Origin: Patescibacteria group bacterium
GTDB lineage: Bacteria > Patescibacteriota > Patescibacteriia > UBA11705 > JABHMO01
Length of the DNA: 58,812 nt
Direction: 5' to 3'
Assembly (NCBI GenBank): GCA_041666425.1
Contig: JBAYHA010000001.1
Location: 1 to 58,812 of the forward strand
This document shows positions 33,218 through 42,917 of the stretch, piece by piece; the stretch's first letter is position 1, and each line of letters begins with the position of its first letter. The notes beneath the pieces are model-generated. The model ran no database searches. It was not told where the DNA came from and worked only from the letters and a program-made list of their open reading frames with translations. The translations under genes were made by a program, and so were the position numbers.

Positions 33218-33602
33218 ATTTTACTTTTTACTTAAATAAGCAATTCCACAAAACGGTAAAACCAACCTATTATCCTATTTATTTAAGGAATCTCTGAAAA
33301 AGTCTATTCATCTGCTACTTTTAGATTTCTGCTGCAAAGTTAAAAAAGTTCTTCGGCTTATTTTAGCAAATAGGCCTCATCTCTTTTTTAGCTTTTCGCG
33401 ACGAAATTATAAAAGTTTCGTTGTAATGCGACTTTGTCAGAGCTTCCTTAATAAAAAAACAAAATTAGCATCAAAAATGTTTATAGGTAAATTTTATCAT
33501 TTTTTCAGCAAAAAGGGAAGCTCCCAAAAAAGGAATTGCTTTAAATTTAGAACTGTGCTATACTTTTTGAATTGTCTAATTAATCAATATAACAATACTA
33601 AC

Positions 33603-34274
33603 ATGGGAAATTTTGACAGTGGAAGAAAATTTGGCTCAGGTAATAAATTTGGTGGCGGTGGTGGCCGAAGTTTTGGTGGTGGCGGCGGTGGCCGAAGCCG
33701 AGGTTTTGGCGGTCCTTCTATCAGACACAAGGCTATTTGCAGTGAATGTGGCAATGAATGCGAACTGCCATTTCGACCAACCGGTGATCGTCCTGTTTTT
33801 TGTAGCAACTGCTTTGGCAAACAACAAGATCAAAATCAAGGCGACAGCCGACCGTCAAGCTATGGTTTTAACACCGAAAAACGTTACGACAAACCAAGAC
33901 ATGCCGACAGACAAGAAAGACAACGTTTTGACGCTGTTTGCGCCAAATGCGGAGCAACCTTTCAATTACCTTTCCGCCCAATTCCAGGCAAAACCGTTTT
34001 TTGCGACAACTGTTTTGATCGACCAACTACCAAAGGTTCTTGCGATTGTGGCGAACAAATCAAAATGTTGAACGAAAAATTGGATAAAATTTTAAAAATT
34101 CTTGCACCAAAAATTTCCGTTGACAAAGCTTTTGCAAAAGAAGCTAAAGAAGTCAAAGCCGTTAAGGAAGTTAAAGAAGAAATCGCCGAACCGGAAGTCA
34201 TAATTGAAAAAACAAAAAAATCAGCAAAAGAAAAAGCTCCAAAAAAAGCTGTTACAAAAAAGAAAAAAGATTAA
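33603..34274 (+). CDS. CxxC-x17-CxxC zinc-ribbon domain protein (two copies) with N-terminal RGG/Gly-rich region and Lys-rich tail
   Basis: CSEC-x17-CSNC and CAKC-x17-CDNC, each with the LPFRP core. Start at MGNFDSGRKFG; the ORF opens at 33426. Confidence 0.7.
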   Translation: MGNFDSGRKFGSGNKFGGGGGRSFGGGGGGRSRGFGGPSIRHKAICSECGNECELPFRPTGDRPVFCSNCFGKQQDQNQGDSRPSSYGFNTEKRYDKPRHADRQERQRFDAVCAKCGATFQLPFRPIPGKTVFCDNCFDRPTTKGSCDCGEQIKMLNEKLDKILKILAPKISVDKAFAKEAKEVKAVKEVKEEIAEPEVIIEKTKKSAKEKAPKKAVTKKKKD

Positions 34275-34284
34275 TAGGTTCCAA

Positions 34285-34316
34285 CAAAAAAACGAGTCGA
34301 AAGACTCGTTTTTTTG
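34285..34316. terminator. Bidirectional terminator ACGAGTC-GAAA-GACTCGT
   Basis: 7-bp stem with a GNRA loop, flanked by A7 and T7. Confidence 0.7.
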
Positions 34317-34328
34317 TAAAATAATTTT

Positions 34329-35603
34329 CTACAAAATAAACATCGCCAGCGTGGCGGAAATCATAATCAAAAAAGCCAAACCGCCAAAAAGATTGGAAAC
34401 CCAACCATTGCGGTATTTGCCCATAACCTTTTGGTTATTGCAAATATGCAAAATAATAACAATCAAAACCGGTGCGGTAATGCCATAAAAAATGGCTGAA
34501 TACAACAACGCTTTTATCGGACTAATACCCAAAACTGGAATTAACAGACCAATCAACAAAGAAACAATAATGGTAATATAAAATCCTTTGGCTTGATAAA
34601 ATTTTTTGTCCAAACCTTCTTGCCAATTAAATGTTTCCGCCATAATGTAAGAAAGCGATCCGGCCAAAACAGGAATAGACAAAAAACCTGTGCCAATAAC
34701 CCCAATCGCAAAAAACAAATAAGCCAGATTCCCAGCCAACGGACGCAAAGCATTGGCTGCCTGTTCGACTGTGGAAATTTCCGTAATACCGGCCTCAAAT
34801 AAAACCGAGCCGGCTGTCAAAATTATAAAATAAGCGACAAAATTTGAAAATAACATCCCAAAGTCAACATCATTGCGCATCTGTTTTAAAATATTTTTGT
34901 CAACAATCAAATGCTTGTGATGAACTTCTTCCACTTCCATTGAAGCTTGCCAAAAAAATAAATAAGGTGAAATTGTCGTTCCCAAAATCGCCACAAGAAC
35001 AGCTAAATATTCCTTGGTTAATTGAAAATCAGGTTTGATTGTCGCCAAAAATATTTCCGTCCATCCGACATTTAAAAAAAACGGTACCATAATATAAAGA
35101 AGCAAAGTCAAACAAAACCATTTCATTATTTTGGCTATTTTGTTGTAAGGAAAAGAAATAATGGCAACCAACAACAAAATTGTAAACAACAAACTGAACA
35201 CATCAATCGGCACTTGCGGAACCAACAAATTAGCCACCGCGCCCATCCCCGCAATATTGGCTCCGATATTCAAAGTAATTGCCGGAAAACTGAACAAAAT
35301 CATCACATACAAAATTTTTCTAGTGTAATATTTGCGCAAAACTCCAGCCAATCCCAGTTTGGCGACCAAACCTATTCTGGCGCACATTTCTTGGATCGAA
35401 ACCATTAATGGAAAAGTAATCAACATCACCCACAATGTGGCAAAACCGAATTTGGCACCGGCTTGCGTATAAGTAGTAATTCCCGAAGGATCGTCATCAC
35501 TCGCACCGGTAATCACCCCCGGCCCCAAAGTACGCCAAAATTGCCAGAATCCTGATTTGTTTTTGTTTTTATTTTTTGTTTTCATTTTGCAACTTTTCAC
35601 CAA
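34329..35603 (-). CDS. mntH: NRAMP-family divalent metal transporter
   Basis: GPGVITGASDDDPSGITTYTQAGAKFGF signature and 11-12 TM helices. Start may be MKTKNK (35588). Confidence 0.85.
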   Translation of the reverse strand: MVKSCKMKTKNKNKNKSGFWQFWRTLGPGVITGASDDDPSGITTYTQAGAKFGFATLWVMLITFPLMVSIQEMCARIGLVAKLGLAGVLRKYYTRKILYVMILFSFPAITLNIGANIAGMGAVANLLVPQVPIDVFSLLFTILLLVAIISFPYNKIAKIMKWFCLTLLLYIMVPFFLNVGWTEIFLATIKPDFQLTKEYLAVLVAILGTTISPYLFFWQASMEVEEVHHKHLIVDKNILKQMRNDVDFGMLFSNFVAYFIILTAGSVLFEAGITEISTVEQAANALRPLAGNLAYLFFAIGVIGTGFLSIPVLAGSLSYIMAETFNWQEGLDKKFYQAKGFYITIIVSLLIGLLIPVLGISPIKALLYSAIFYGITAPVLIVIILHICNNQKVMGKYRNGWVSNLFGGLAFLIMISATLAMFIL

Positions 35604-35634
35604 TATTATAACAAACTTTTTTGTTTTTCAAAAA

Positions 35635-35958
35635 TTACAGCTCACATTTGGTAGTCATTGTCGGACAGTCATCTCGTTCAATAATACATTCCGTTTTTTC
35701 CTTTGGCCAAACAGAACATTCGGCCAAACAAGATTTTCTACCTTCTTCAAAAACAACATGATCGGCGTTCGGCACCAAAGTCAAACAACGATCAACATAA
35801 TTGTCGCACGCCTTAGCGCAAGCAGTATCATCAATATTATTTTTTTGCACTTCTTGCAAAAGAACATCAGCAGGAACAACTTGTTCTTTTTCTCCATATT
35901 CACAACCGGATAAAAAAACGACTAACAACAACACACCCACATAAAAAAATTTTTGCAT
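35635..35958 (-). CDS. Cys-rich lipoprotein
   Basis: Lipobox VVFLSGC after a signal peptide. Eight further Cys residues in the mature part. Confidence 0.55.
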   Translation of the reverse strand: MQKFFYVGVLLLVVFLSGCEYGEKEQVVPADVLLQEVQKNNIDDTACAKACDNYVDRCLTLVPNADHVVFEEGRKSCLAECSVWPKEKTECIIERDDCPTMTTKCEL

Positions 35959-35973
35959 AATATTTTTATTTTT

Positions 35974-36408
35974 TTAGTTTAATAAAATCTGACCAAATAT
36001 TTTTGACAAAATCTCGGTCATTTTTTTTATTTCAATGTTTTTTTGTTGCAAAAAAAATTCTTCACCAATAATTTCTAGTCTTTCCAAAGCCTCCGTTAAT
36101 TTTTCTCGACCGGCGGAAGTTACGCTGACCAAACGAGCCCGAGCGTCATCTCGCGCTTCTCCGCTACGAACCAAATGCACTTTTTCCATCGGCAAAAGCA
36201 AGCGCGTAACACCGGATGCGGTCAAACCGACCTTGTTCGCCAAATCTATTCGGCGCATTTTTTGTTCCTCACTTTGTTCGATAAAATACAAAATTAAAAA
36301 TTCATTAAATCCAATTCCCCCCAAACGGCGATCAAAATAGTTACTCAAAACAGTTTGCGTTCGACCAAGGTTGATAAAAAAATCAATAGCCGATGAATTC
36401 TTTGTCAT
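35974..36408 (-). CDS. MarR-family transcriptional regulator
   Basis: wHTH LANKVGLTASGVTRLLLPMEKVHLVRS ... DARARLVSVTSAGRE. Confidence 0.8.
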   Translation of the reverse strand: MTKNSSAIDFFINLGRTQTVLSNYFDRRLGGIGFNEFLILYFIEQSEEQKMRRIDLANKVGLTASGVTRLLLPMEKVHLVRSGEARDDARARLVSVTSAGREKLTEALERLEIIGEEFFLQQKNIEIKKMTEILSKIFGQILLN

Positions 36409-36601
36409 AAAAGCGTTATTTAATTAGTTGACAAATCAAGTATATCGCAACTTTTTAAATTTGTCAAAACGCTTTCATAACAAAAACATATTTAAAACAA
36501 TTAAAAAGTAGCTAAAACCAAAATTTTGACAAAATCTATAAAATTAGTTAGTATTATTTTATATTTAGTTACATCTTTTTTCATTACTAAATATTAATTA
36601 T

Positions 36602-36675
36602 TCGGGGATCGTCTAATGGTAGGACACCGCCCTTTGAAGGCGACTATTGGGGTTCGAATCCCTGTCCCCGAGCCA
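36602..36675 (+). tRNA. tRNA-Gln (anticodon UUG), CCA encoded
   Basis: Manual cloverleaf: acceptor TCGGGGA/TCCCCGA with U1:A72 and G73, anticodon loop CTTTGAA, T loop TTCGAAT. Confidence 0.9.
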
Positions 36676-36723
36676 TGAACCAGTTGCCAACTTTGTTGGC
36701 TGCCGATTCATGGCAAGCCAAGT

Positions 36724-36752
36724 AAAAAAATCGAAGAATTTTCGATTTTTTT
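36724..36752 (+). terminator. Hairpin ATCGAA-GAATT-TTCGAT plus T7
   Basis: Lies downstream of tRNA-Gln and is preceded by A7. Confidence 0.55.
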
Positions 36753-36828
36753 ATTACCACAAACCATTGACATTTTTCCCAAATAAGCTAAAATACCAAC
36801 GCTCTTTACATTTTATCAGGAGGTCTCA

Positions 36829-37356
36829 ATGAAGACAAACGAAGAAAATTTGGAACGTGAATTTGACGACGAGCTCGATGTTCCGGCCACGCTATTGGAA
36901 CTTCTCAAAGGCGACTGGCGAGCCGAAGGTTATGTTTTTACAAAAGTCTATGTAGCGGTGCTTAAACATGGACTTATGGGTGATTTTCCTGTAGTTTTTT
37001 CAGATAAATTGGAACGACCGGTTATTACAACCGATTTGAATCTACTCGAAAAAGTGTGCCAAAGATTGCGAAAACGTGCTTTCAAAATCAACGCTTTCAT
37101 TGCCTATTTCAACCCTACAAATCAAGTCATTTTTCCAGACCGCGACAACCCACTAGAATATGAATACAGTCGCCCCACGAAAATTTTAAACGAAGAAGAG
37201 TTTGAAAACTTAGTGGCCCAAGCTATGGAAACAGAACCTTTCCGTTGGGCGCCAGGATTGCTCGGTGGCGGAAACTTAACCGAAGAAAATTTTTCTGCAT
37301 CTTTTGTCAATGAAGCCAAAAGATTTGATCCGCGCTTCAAAAGCACATTCATCTAA
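36829..37356 (+). CDS. Hypothetical protein (175 aa)
   Basis: AGGAGG RBS (caggaggtctcaATG) and promoter TTGACA-16-TAAAAT at 36767..36794. Confidence 0.55.
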   Translation: MKTNEENLEREFDDELDVPATLLELLKGDWRAEGYVFTKVYVAVLKHGLMGDFPVVFSDKLERPVITTDLNLLEKVCQRLRKRAFKINAFIAYFNPTNQVIFPDRDNPLEYEYSRPTKILNEEEFENLVAQAMETEPFRWAPGLLGGGNLTEENFSASFVNEAKRFDPRFKSTFI

Positions 37357-37447
37357 CAAATATAATCCCAAAATAAATTTTGGGATTTTTTTATACTTTT
37401 GAAAAATTTATTTTGTAAAATTATTAAATTTTTGCTATATTTAAAGT

Positions 37448-38584
37448 ATGAAAAATATTTTGTTAATAATTTTTTGTTTGTTCTTGATTCCCTTCTCGGC
37501 CTTGGCTGAGGAAAATTTTGCCGAATCTGAAATTCAACCACCGGCCATCGAAAATCAAACTTACAAAGCAATTGTTCTATCGATTGAAAAAGAAAACACT
37601 TTGACTCGCGAAGATGGATCTGAGAACTTACAACAAAATCTAAAAGTAAAAATTCTCGACGGTGATTTAAAAAACAAGGAAGAAATCACCACAGGCATCG
37701 GTGATCTTGATGTTGTGCAGAGTTCCACCGCCTCGGTTGGCGAAAAAGTTCTGGTCATGCGACAAATAAATTTGGATGGCAGCGAAACGTTTGTGGTAAC
37801 GGATATTATAAGAACTGGAAATTTGTTGTGGTTGTCGATATTTTTTGTTTTATCAGTTTTAATTATCGGCAAATGGCGAGGATGCAAATCTTTGCTAAGT
37901 TTGATTTTAACTTTTTTTATTATCATGTACTTTATAATTCCCCGAATTCTGGCCGGCCAAAATCCGCTTTTTGTCAGCGTTATCGGCGCCAGCATAATTC
38001 TCGCCATTATTGTTTATGTAACTTGGGGCTGGCAAAAAAAATCTCACGTTGCACTCCTCAGCATTGCGTTAAGTTTGTTCCTGGCCGGATTTATTTCTTA
38101 TATTTTTTCCAAACTAACTCGTCTTACCGGATTGGCTAACGAAGATATTCTTTTTCTCATCGACAGTTCTCGAAAAGCGATTAATTTTGAAGGTTTGTTA
38201 TTAGCCGGCATGATTATCGGTACGCTCGGCGTGCTTGATGATGTGGTTATTAGTCAAATTTCGGCCGTCGAACAGTTGCAAGAAACGAATCCTAATCTGA
38301 CAAAAAAACAGTTATACAAAAAAGCTCTTTCCATCGGCATTGATCACATCAGTTCCATGACCAACACTTTGTTCCTCGCTTATGCCGGAGCTTCGTTGCC
38401 ATTATTACTACTTTTTAGTTTAAAATCTGGACAATTTGTCTCATTTTCACAAGTTATCAATAACGAAATTATCGCCACCGAAATTGTCCGCACTCTAACT
38501 GGCAGTATCGGATTGATCTTGGCCATGCCACTTTCCACTTTTATCGCAGCTTACTTTTTTAAAGCAAAAAAACATGCCAAGTAA
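37448..38584 (+). CDS. YibE/F-family membrane protein
   Basis: Signal/anchor, an extracytoplasmic N-domain, then about 7 TM helices with GTLGVLDDVVISQ typical of YibE/F. Confidence 0.7.
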   Translation: MKNILLIIFCLFLIPFSALAEENFAESEIQPPAIENQTYKAIVLSIEKENTLTREDGSENLQQNLKVKILDGDLKNKEEITTGIGDLDVVQSSTASVGEKVLVMRQINLDGSETFVVTDIIRTGNLLWLSIFFVLSVLIIGKWRGCKSLLSLILTFFIIMYFIIPRILAGQNPLFVSVIGASIILAIIVYVTWGWQKKSHVALLSIALSLFLAGFISYIFSKLTRLTGLANEDILFLIDSSRKAINFEGLLLAGMIIGTLGVLDDVVISQISAVEQLQETNPNLTKKQLYKKALSIGIDHISSMTNTLFLAYAGASLPLLLLFSLKSGQFVSFSQVINNEIIATEIVRTLTGSIGLILAMPLSTFIAAYFFKAKKHAK

Positions 38585-39272
38585 AAAATATAAATTCAAC
38601 AATAAAAATTTAACACTAAATCTCAGAGACGAAGTTGATATTAGCGTTGCCAATGAAATTTTTGTCATTCGAGAATACCGTAGCTCCGAACAAATTATAA
38701 AAAATGCAAAAGCACCAATTCTCGACATCGGCACGCATGCCGGTTACTTTATTCTTTACTGTCGAACTTTTAATCCGACTGTGCCGATTTTTGGTTTTGA
38801 GCCGGAAAAGAAAAATTTTGAATTTTGTCAGAAAAATTTAACAGCAAATAAAATAAAAAAAGTTAAAGTTTTGCCAGTGGCCGTCTGGTCAAAATCAGGA
38901 ATGAAAAATTTGCAAATTACCGCTGATTCGCAAAATAACTTTTTGCAAGAAAATAAAACCAGTAAAAATTCCATTCAGGTAAAAACAACTTCCCTGACCG
39001 ATTTTTTTGCGCAGAATAAAATAAAAGAAATTTCCCTTTTAAAAATGGACATCGAGGGCGCGGAATTTACAATTTTTAAAAACTTACCAAGCGCTGATTT
39101 AAAAAAAATTAAAAATATAATTTTGGAATATCATATTTCCCCAAAAAACAAACCAAAAAAAATTGAAGATATTTTGCGTAGAAACGGTTTTGAGGTAAAA
39201 AGACTTCCATCAATTTTTGATAAAAAAATGGGATTTATTTTTGCTACTAACAAAAGAGTTAAAAGTTTGTAA
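38574..39272 (+). CDS. FkbM-family methyltransferase
   Basis: ILDIGTHAGYF, FGFEPEKKNFEF, MDIEGAEF. The last codons and stop lie inside the 9-mer repeat (aaaagagttaaaagtttgtaa). Confidence 0.8.
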   Translation: MPSKKYKFNNKNLTLNLRDEVDISVANEIFVIREYRSSEQIIKNAKAPILDIGTHAGYFILYCRTFNPTVPIFGFEPEKKNFEFCQKNLTANKIKKVKVLPVAVWSKSGMKNLQITADSQNNFLQENKTSKNSIQVKTTSLTDFFAQNKIKEISLLKMDIEGAEFTIFKNLPSADLKKIKNIILEYHISPKNKPKKIEDILRRNGFEVKRLPSIFDKKMGFIFATNKRVKSL

Positions 39273-39462
39273 AGTTATCACGAAGTGATCCCTTCGGGAA
39301 AAGTTTATAAAGTTTTAATGTAAATAAAAAAAACATTTATTGATTCAAATTATTTAAAAAAGATTTCTCGACCCTTTCGACTTCGCTCAGGGCAGGCTCG
39401 CTCGAAATGACAAAGACATACTTTATAAACTTTATGAACTTTCTAACTTTATAAACTAGCTT
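39246..39462. repeat. Composite intergenic mosaic: inverted 9-mer arrays flanking CGAAGTGATCCCTTCGGG and GTCAT-family modules
   Basis: Left array 39246..39300 (+ orientation), mini-hairpin 39282..39299, GTCAT unit 39361..39411 (inverted), right array 39421..39458 (reverse orientation) ending at the ATG at 39463. Confidence 0.8.
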
Positions 39463-40788
39463 ATGAAAGCTTACATAATTGCTGTTGACATGGGTTACGG
39501 TCACCAAAGAGCGGCCTACCCATTAAAAATTCTTGCCGGCGACAAAAAAATCATCAACGCCAACAAGTACGCGGGGATTCCGGCAAACGACAAAAAAATT
39601 TGGAATCAAAGCCGAGAGGCTTATGAGTTCTTTTCACGTTTCAAAAAAATACCCATCCTCGGCGAATTAGCTTGGGATCTTTTTGATAAATTCCAAACCA
39701 TTGAACCATTCTACCCAAAAAGAGATTTGACCGATCCAACAATTCAGTTAAAATCAACTTACTCACTAATCAAAAATAAACGTTGGGGCGAACACTTAAT
39801 AAAAAAATTGGCGCAAAAACCATTACCAATAATTTGCACCTTTTTTATTCCGGCTTTTATGGCCGAAGTTTTTCATTATCCCGGAGAAATTTATTGTCTG
39901 GCTACCGACACTGATATCAGTCGAGCATGGGCACCGCTCAATCCATCTTCCAGCCGAATCAAATATTTGGCGCCAAATCATCGCGTTAAAGAACGATTAA
40001 AACTTTATGGAATAAAAGAACAAAATATTTTTGTTACCGGTTTTCCTTTGCCCCAAGAATTGGTCGGCAAAAAAGAAAGTATTACCAAAAAAGATTTGGG
40101 CCAACGTCTGTTTAACCTTGATCCGCAACAAACTTATTTAAAAAAATATCAAGAAACAATTATTCGCCATATTGGCGCAAAAAATTTCCCCAAAAAAAAA
40201 CATCACCCGTTAACTCTAATGTTTGCGGTCGGCGGAGCGGCCGCCCAAAAAGAATTAGGTATTGAAATCGCCAAAAGTTTAAAAGACAAAATCAAAGAAA
40301 ACAAAATTAGACTGGTTTTGGTTGCTGGAATACACAATGATGTTAGTGTCTATTTTCGTGAAGAATTAAAAGAAATAGGTCTTGCACAACAAATCAATAA
40401 AAATATTGAAATAATTTCCAGTCCAACGAAAGAAGACTATTTCCGCAAATTCAATCAAATGCTTCATCAAACAGATATTCTTTGGACCAAGCCTTCCGAA
40501 CTGAGCTTTTACACAGCTTTGGGACTACCGATTATTATGTCCGAACCGATCGGCAGTCAAGAACTTTTTAACCGCAAATGGTTACGCACTGTCGGTTCGG
40601 CGGTAAATCAAGAAAATCCACGCTACACCAACGAATGGCTTTTTGACTGGTTGGATAGCGGTTGGTTTGCCGAGGCTGCGATGCAAGGATTTCTGGAAGC
40701 AACAACAACCGGAACAAAAAATATCACCAAAGTCGTCTGTGAAAAATGTTTAGAAAAAACACCGATAAAAACGGTTTTGCAATATTAA
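39463..40788 (+). CDS. GT-B glycosyltransferase-like protein (MGDG synthase / GT28-like)
   Basis: N-terminal DMGYGHQRAA resembles the GGGH(R)xAA motif. CLATDTDISRAW...VKERLKLYGIKEQNIFVTGFPLP resembles the MGDG_synth domain layout. Confidence 0.45.
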   Translation: MKAYIIAVDMGYGHQRAAYPLKILAGDKKIINANKYAGIPANDKKIWNQSREAYEFFSRFKKIPILGELAWDLFDKFQTIEPFYPKRDLTDPTIQLKSTYSLIKNKRWGEHLIKKLAQKPLPIICTFFIPAFMAEVFHYPGEIYCLATDTDISRAWAPLNPSSSRIKYLAPNHRVKERLKLYGIKEQNIFVTGFPLPQELVGKKESITKKDLGQRLFNLDPQQTYLKKYQETIIRHIGAKNFPKKKHHPLTLMFAVGGAAAQKELGIEIAKSLKDKIKENKIRLVLVAGIHNDVSVYFREELKEIGLAQQINKNIEIISSPTKEDYFRKFNQMLHQTDILWTKPSELSFYTALGLPIIMSEPIGSQELFNRKWLRTVGSAVNQENPRYTNEWLFDWLDSGWFAEAAMQGFLEATTTGTKNITKVVCEKCLEKTPIKTVLQY

Positions 40789-40849
40789 AGAAACTCTAAA
40801 AAATTTTCTCGACAAAAAAATCTCTGCGCAAAATAGCGGAGATTTTTTG

Positions 40850-41215
40850 TTAAAACATAATACAAGAGTTCAATACAAAATCAAGATCTTTTTTTGTTTG
40901 TAAAAATTCTTTTATTTCTTGAGATTCTGCACCCGGTTGAAACCAGAATTTTCGATAACCCAATTGATACGCTTTTTGCAAAATTAACAAACCGCTCTCC
41001 GGCGGAACCACAAAAACCAGCAGATCCACTTTGGTGTTCAACTCCGCAAGACCTGAGTAAACTTTTTGTTCAAGAATTTCTTTTTCTCCCTGATTAATCG
41101 GCACAACAACAAAGTTTCTGCTGAGCAAATTTTTTACAATCTTATAACCAAACTTTGCTTGATTATTGGAAGCGCCAATTACGGCGATTGATTTAATGTT
41201 TTTTAGGTTTAACAT
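40850..41215 (-). CDS. CoA-binding domain protein (YccU/YneT-like)
   Basis: IAVIGASNNQAKFGYKIVKNL ... VVPINQ ... VDLLVFVVPP ... WFQPGAES. Confidence 0.75.
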   Translation of the reverse strand: MLNLKNIKSIAVIGASNNQAKFGYKIVKNLLSRNFVVVPINQGEKEILEQKVYSGLAELNTKVDLLVFVVPPESGLLILQKAYQLGYRKFWFQPGAESQEIKEFLQTKKDLDFVLNSCIMF

Positions 41216-42830
41216 TTTTCTTGGAAATTGCAGATTTGATAAAAGCGTTAAAAAGCGGATGACCGGTCAATGGTCTGGATTTGAATTCCGGATGAAATTG
41301 AGTGGCGACAAAAAACGGATGATTTGGCAGTTCAATAATTTCCACCAATTTATTATCCGGCGAAGTCCCGGCAAAAAGCAAACCGTTTTTTTGCAAAACG
41401 TCTCGATAATCATTATTTACTTCATAACGATGACGATGTCTTTCGGAGATTAATTCTGCGTCATAGGCGCGAAAACTTTTTGACTTTTTATCCAATTTAC
41501 AGGGATAAGCACCCAATCGCATAGTGGCGCCATAATTTTTCTCCGCTAAATTTTTTATCTGTTCCGGCATAATGTGAATAACTTGTTGGGTAGATTTGGG
41601 ATCGATTTCTCCGGTTGTCGCCTTCTTGATGTTGCAAACATGTCTGGCAAATTCAATCGTCGCCAACTGCAAACCATAACACAACCCAAAAAACGGTATT
41701 TTATTTTCTCTGGCGTATTTAATGGCCAACATGATTCCTTCAGTTCCTCGTCCACCAAAACCACCGGGGACAACAATCCCGTCAACTTTGGCCAATTCTT
41801 TTAATTTACTCGGATCGTGCTCATATTCTTCGGCATCAAGCCACAAAATTTTTGGCGCGCGATTGTTAAACCAAGAAGCATGATTAACCGCTTCGATAAC
41901 GGAAATATAAGTATCTCGACAAGATTTGAAATTAAAATATTTACCGACAATGGCAATGGTTACTTCTTTTCTTAAATTTTTTATTTTTTTGGCCAGGGCG
42001 ATCCAATCTTTGAGATCATTTTTCTTTGCTTTTAGGCCCATGGTTTTTAACAAAACCGTACTCAACTTTTCCGCTTCAAAATTTACCGGCACATCATAAA
42101 TGGAGTGCACATCAGGAGCGGAAATAATTCTTTCTTTTGGCAAACTGCAAACATTACTAATGGTGTTTTTGATTGAATCACTTACCGGACGATCACCGCG
42201 ACAAAGAATAAAATCCGGATTTAATCCGGCGGAATTCAAAGTGCGAATAGCATACTGCGTTGGTTTTGACTTTGGTTCACCAAGCAAACTTGGTGTTGGC
42301 AAATAACTGACCATAACCGAAAAAACATTCTTTGGATCTTTCATTTTCATCATGCGAGCAGCCTCAAGAAAAAGTAACACTTGATACTCACCCACCGTTC
42401 CACCAAATTCAATAACCACGACATCGGCTTTGTTTTTTTTCTGACAAAATTTAATACGTCGAATAATTTCATTCGGAATATCCGGAACAACCTCCACATC
42501 CTCACCTTCAAATTCCAAATTACGTTCACGACGAATAACTTCTTGGTAAACTTGTCCTGTAGTAATGTAATTATCTCGGGTGCAAATTTGATCGGTAAAA
42601 CGTTCATAATTACCAAGATCTTGATCAGCCTCAACACCATCCTCGCCAACAAAAACCTCGCCATGCTCCGCCGGACGAATTGTTCCCGCATCAATATTTA
42701 CATACATGTCGCATTTGATATTAGCGACACGATACCCTTTTGACTGAAGCAACTTACTGATTGAAGCAGAAGCAACACCTTTGCCGACGGAAGACATAAC
42801 TCCGCCAACAACAAAAACATACTTGGTCAT
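41193..42830 (-). CDS. pyrG: CTP synthase
   Basis: Synthase domain GGVMSSVGKGV plus GATase domain with GLCYGLQ and HRHRYEVN. Confidence 0.95.
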   Translation of the reverse strand: MTKYVFVVGGVMSSVGKGVASASISKLLQSKGYRVANIKCDMYVNIDAGTIRPAEHGEVFVGEDGVEADQDLGNYERFTDQICTRDNYITTGQVYQEVIRRERNLEFEGEDVEVVPDIPNEIIRRIKFCQKKNKADVVVIEFGGTVGEYQVLLFLEAARMMKMKDPKNVFSVMVSYLPTPSLLGEPKSKPTQYAIRTLNSAGLNPDFILCRGDRPVSDSIKNTISNVCSLPKERIISAPDVHSIYDVPVNFEAEKLSTVLLKTMGLKAKKNDLKDWIALAKKIKNLRKEVTIAIVGKYFNFKSCRDTYISVIEAVNHASWFNNRAPKILWLDAEEYEHDPSKLKELAKVDGIVVPGGFGGRGTEGIMLAIKYARENKIPFFGLCYGLQLATIEFARHVCNIKKATTGEIDPKSTQQVIHIMPEQIKNLAEKNYGATMRLGAYPCKLDKKSKSFRAYDAELISERHRHRYEVNNDYRDVLQKNGLLFAGTSPDNKLVEIIELPNHPFFVATQFHPEFKSRPLTGHPLFNAFIKSAISKKNVKPKKH

Positions 42831-42917
42831 AAATTATTTTATTTAAAATTTTATTGGCAATTTAACCCAAAAAAAAGCGGAGCTCAAAATAAGCCCCTCA
42901 CTTTTTTTGTCCACAAA

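Noticed and set aside
33584-34201. Several overlapping ORFs (33584..33820 -, 33613..34071 +, 33636..33839 -, 33962..34201 -) across the CxxC gene
   Set aside because: The Gly/Arg-rich GGN repeats and locally higher GC keep other frames open. Only the frame with the twin CxxC-x17-CxxC motifs is credible.
36647-36832. 61-aa + ORF starting inside tRNA-Gln
   Set aside because: It begins within the tRNA T-arm and runs through the tRNA trailer, terminator and the promoter of the next gene, so it is not a plausible CDS.
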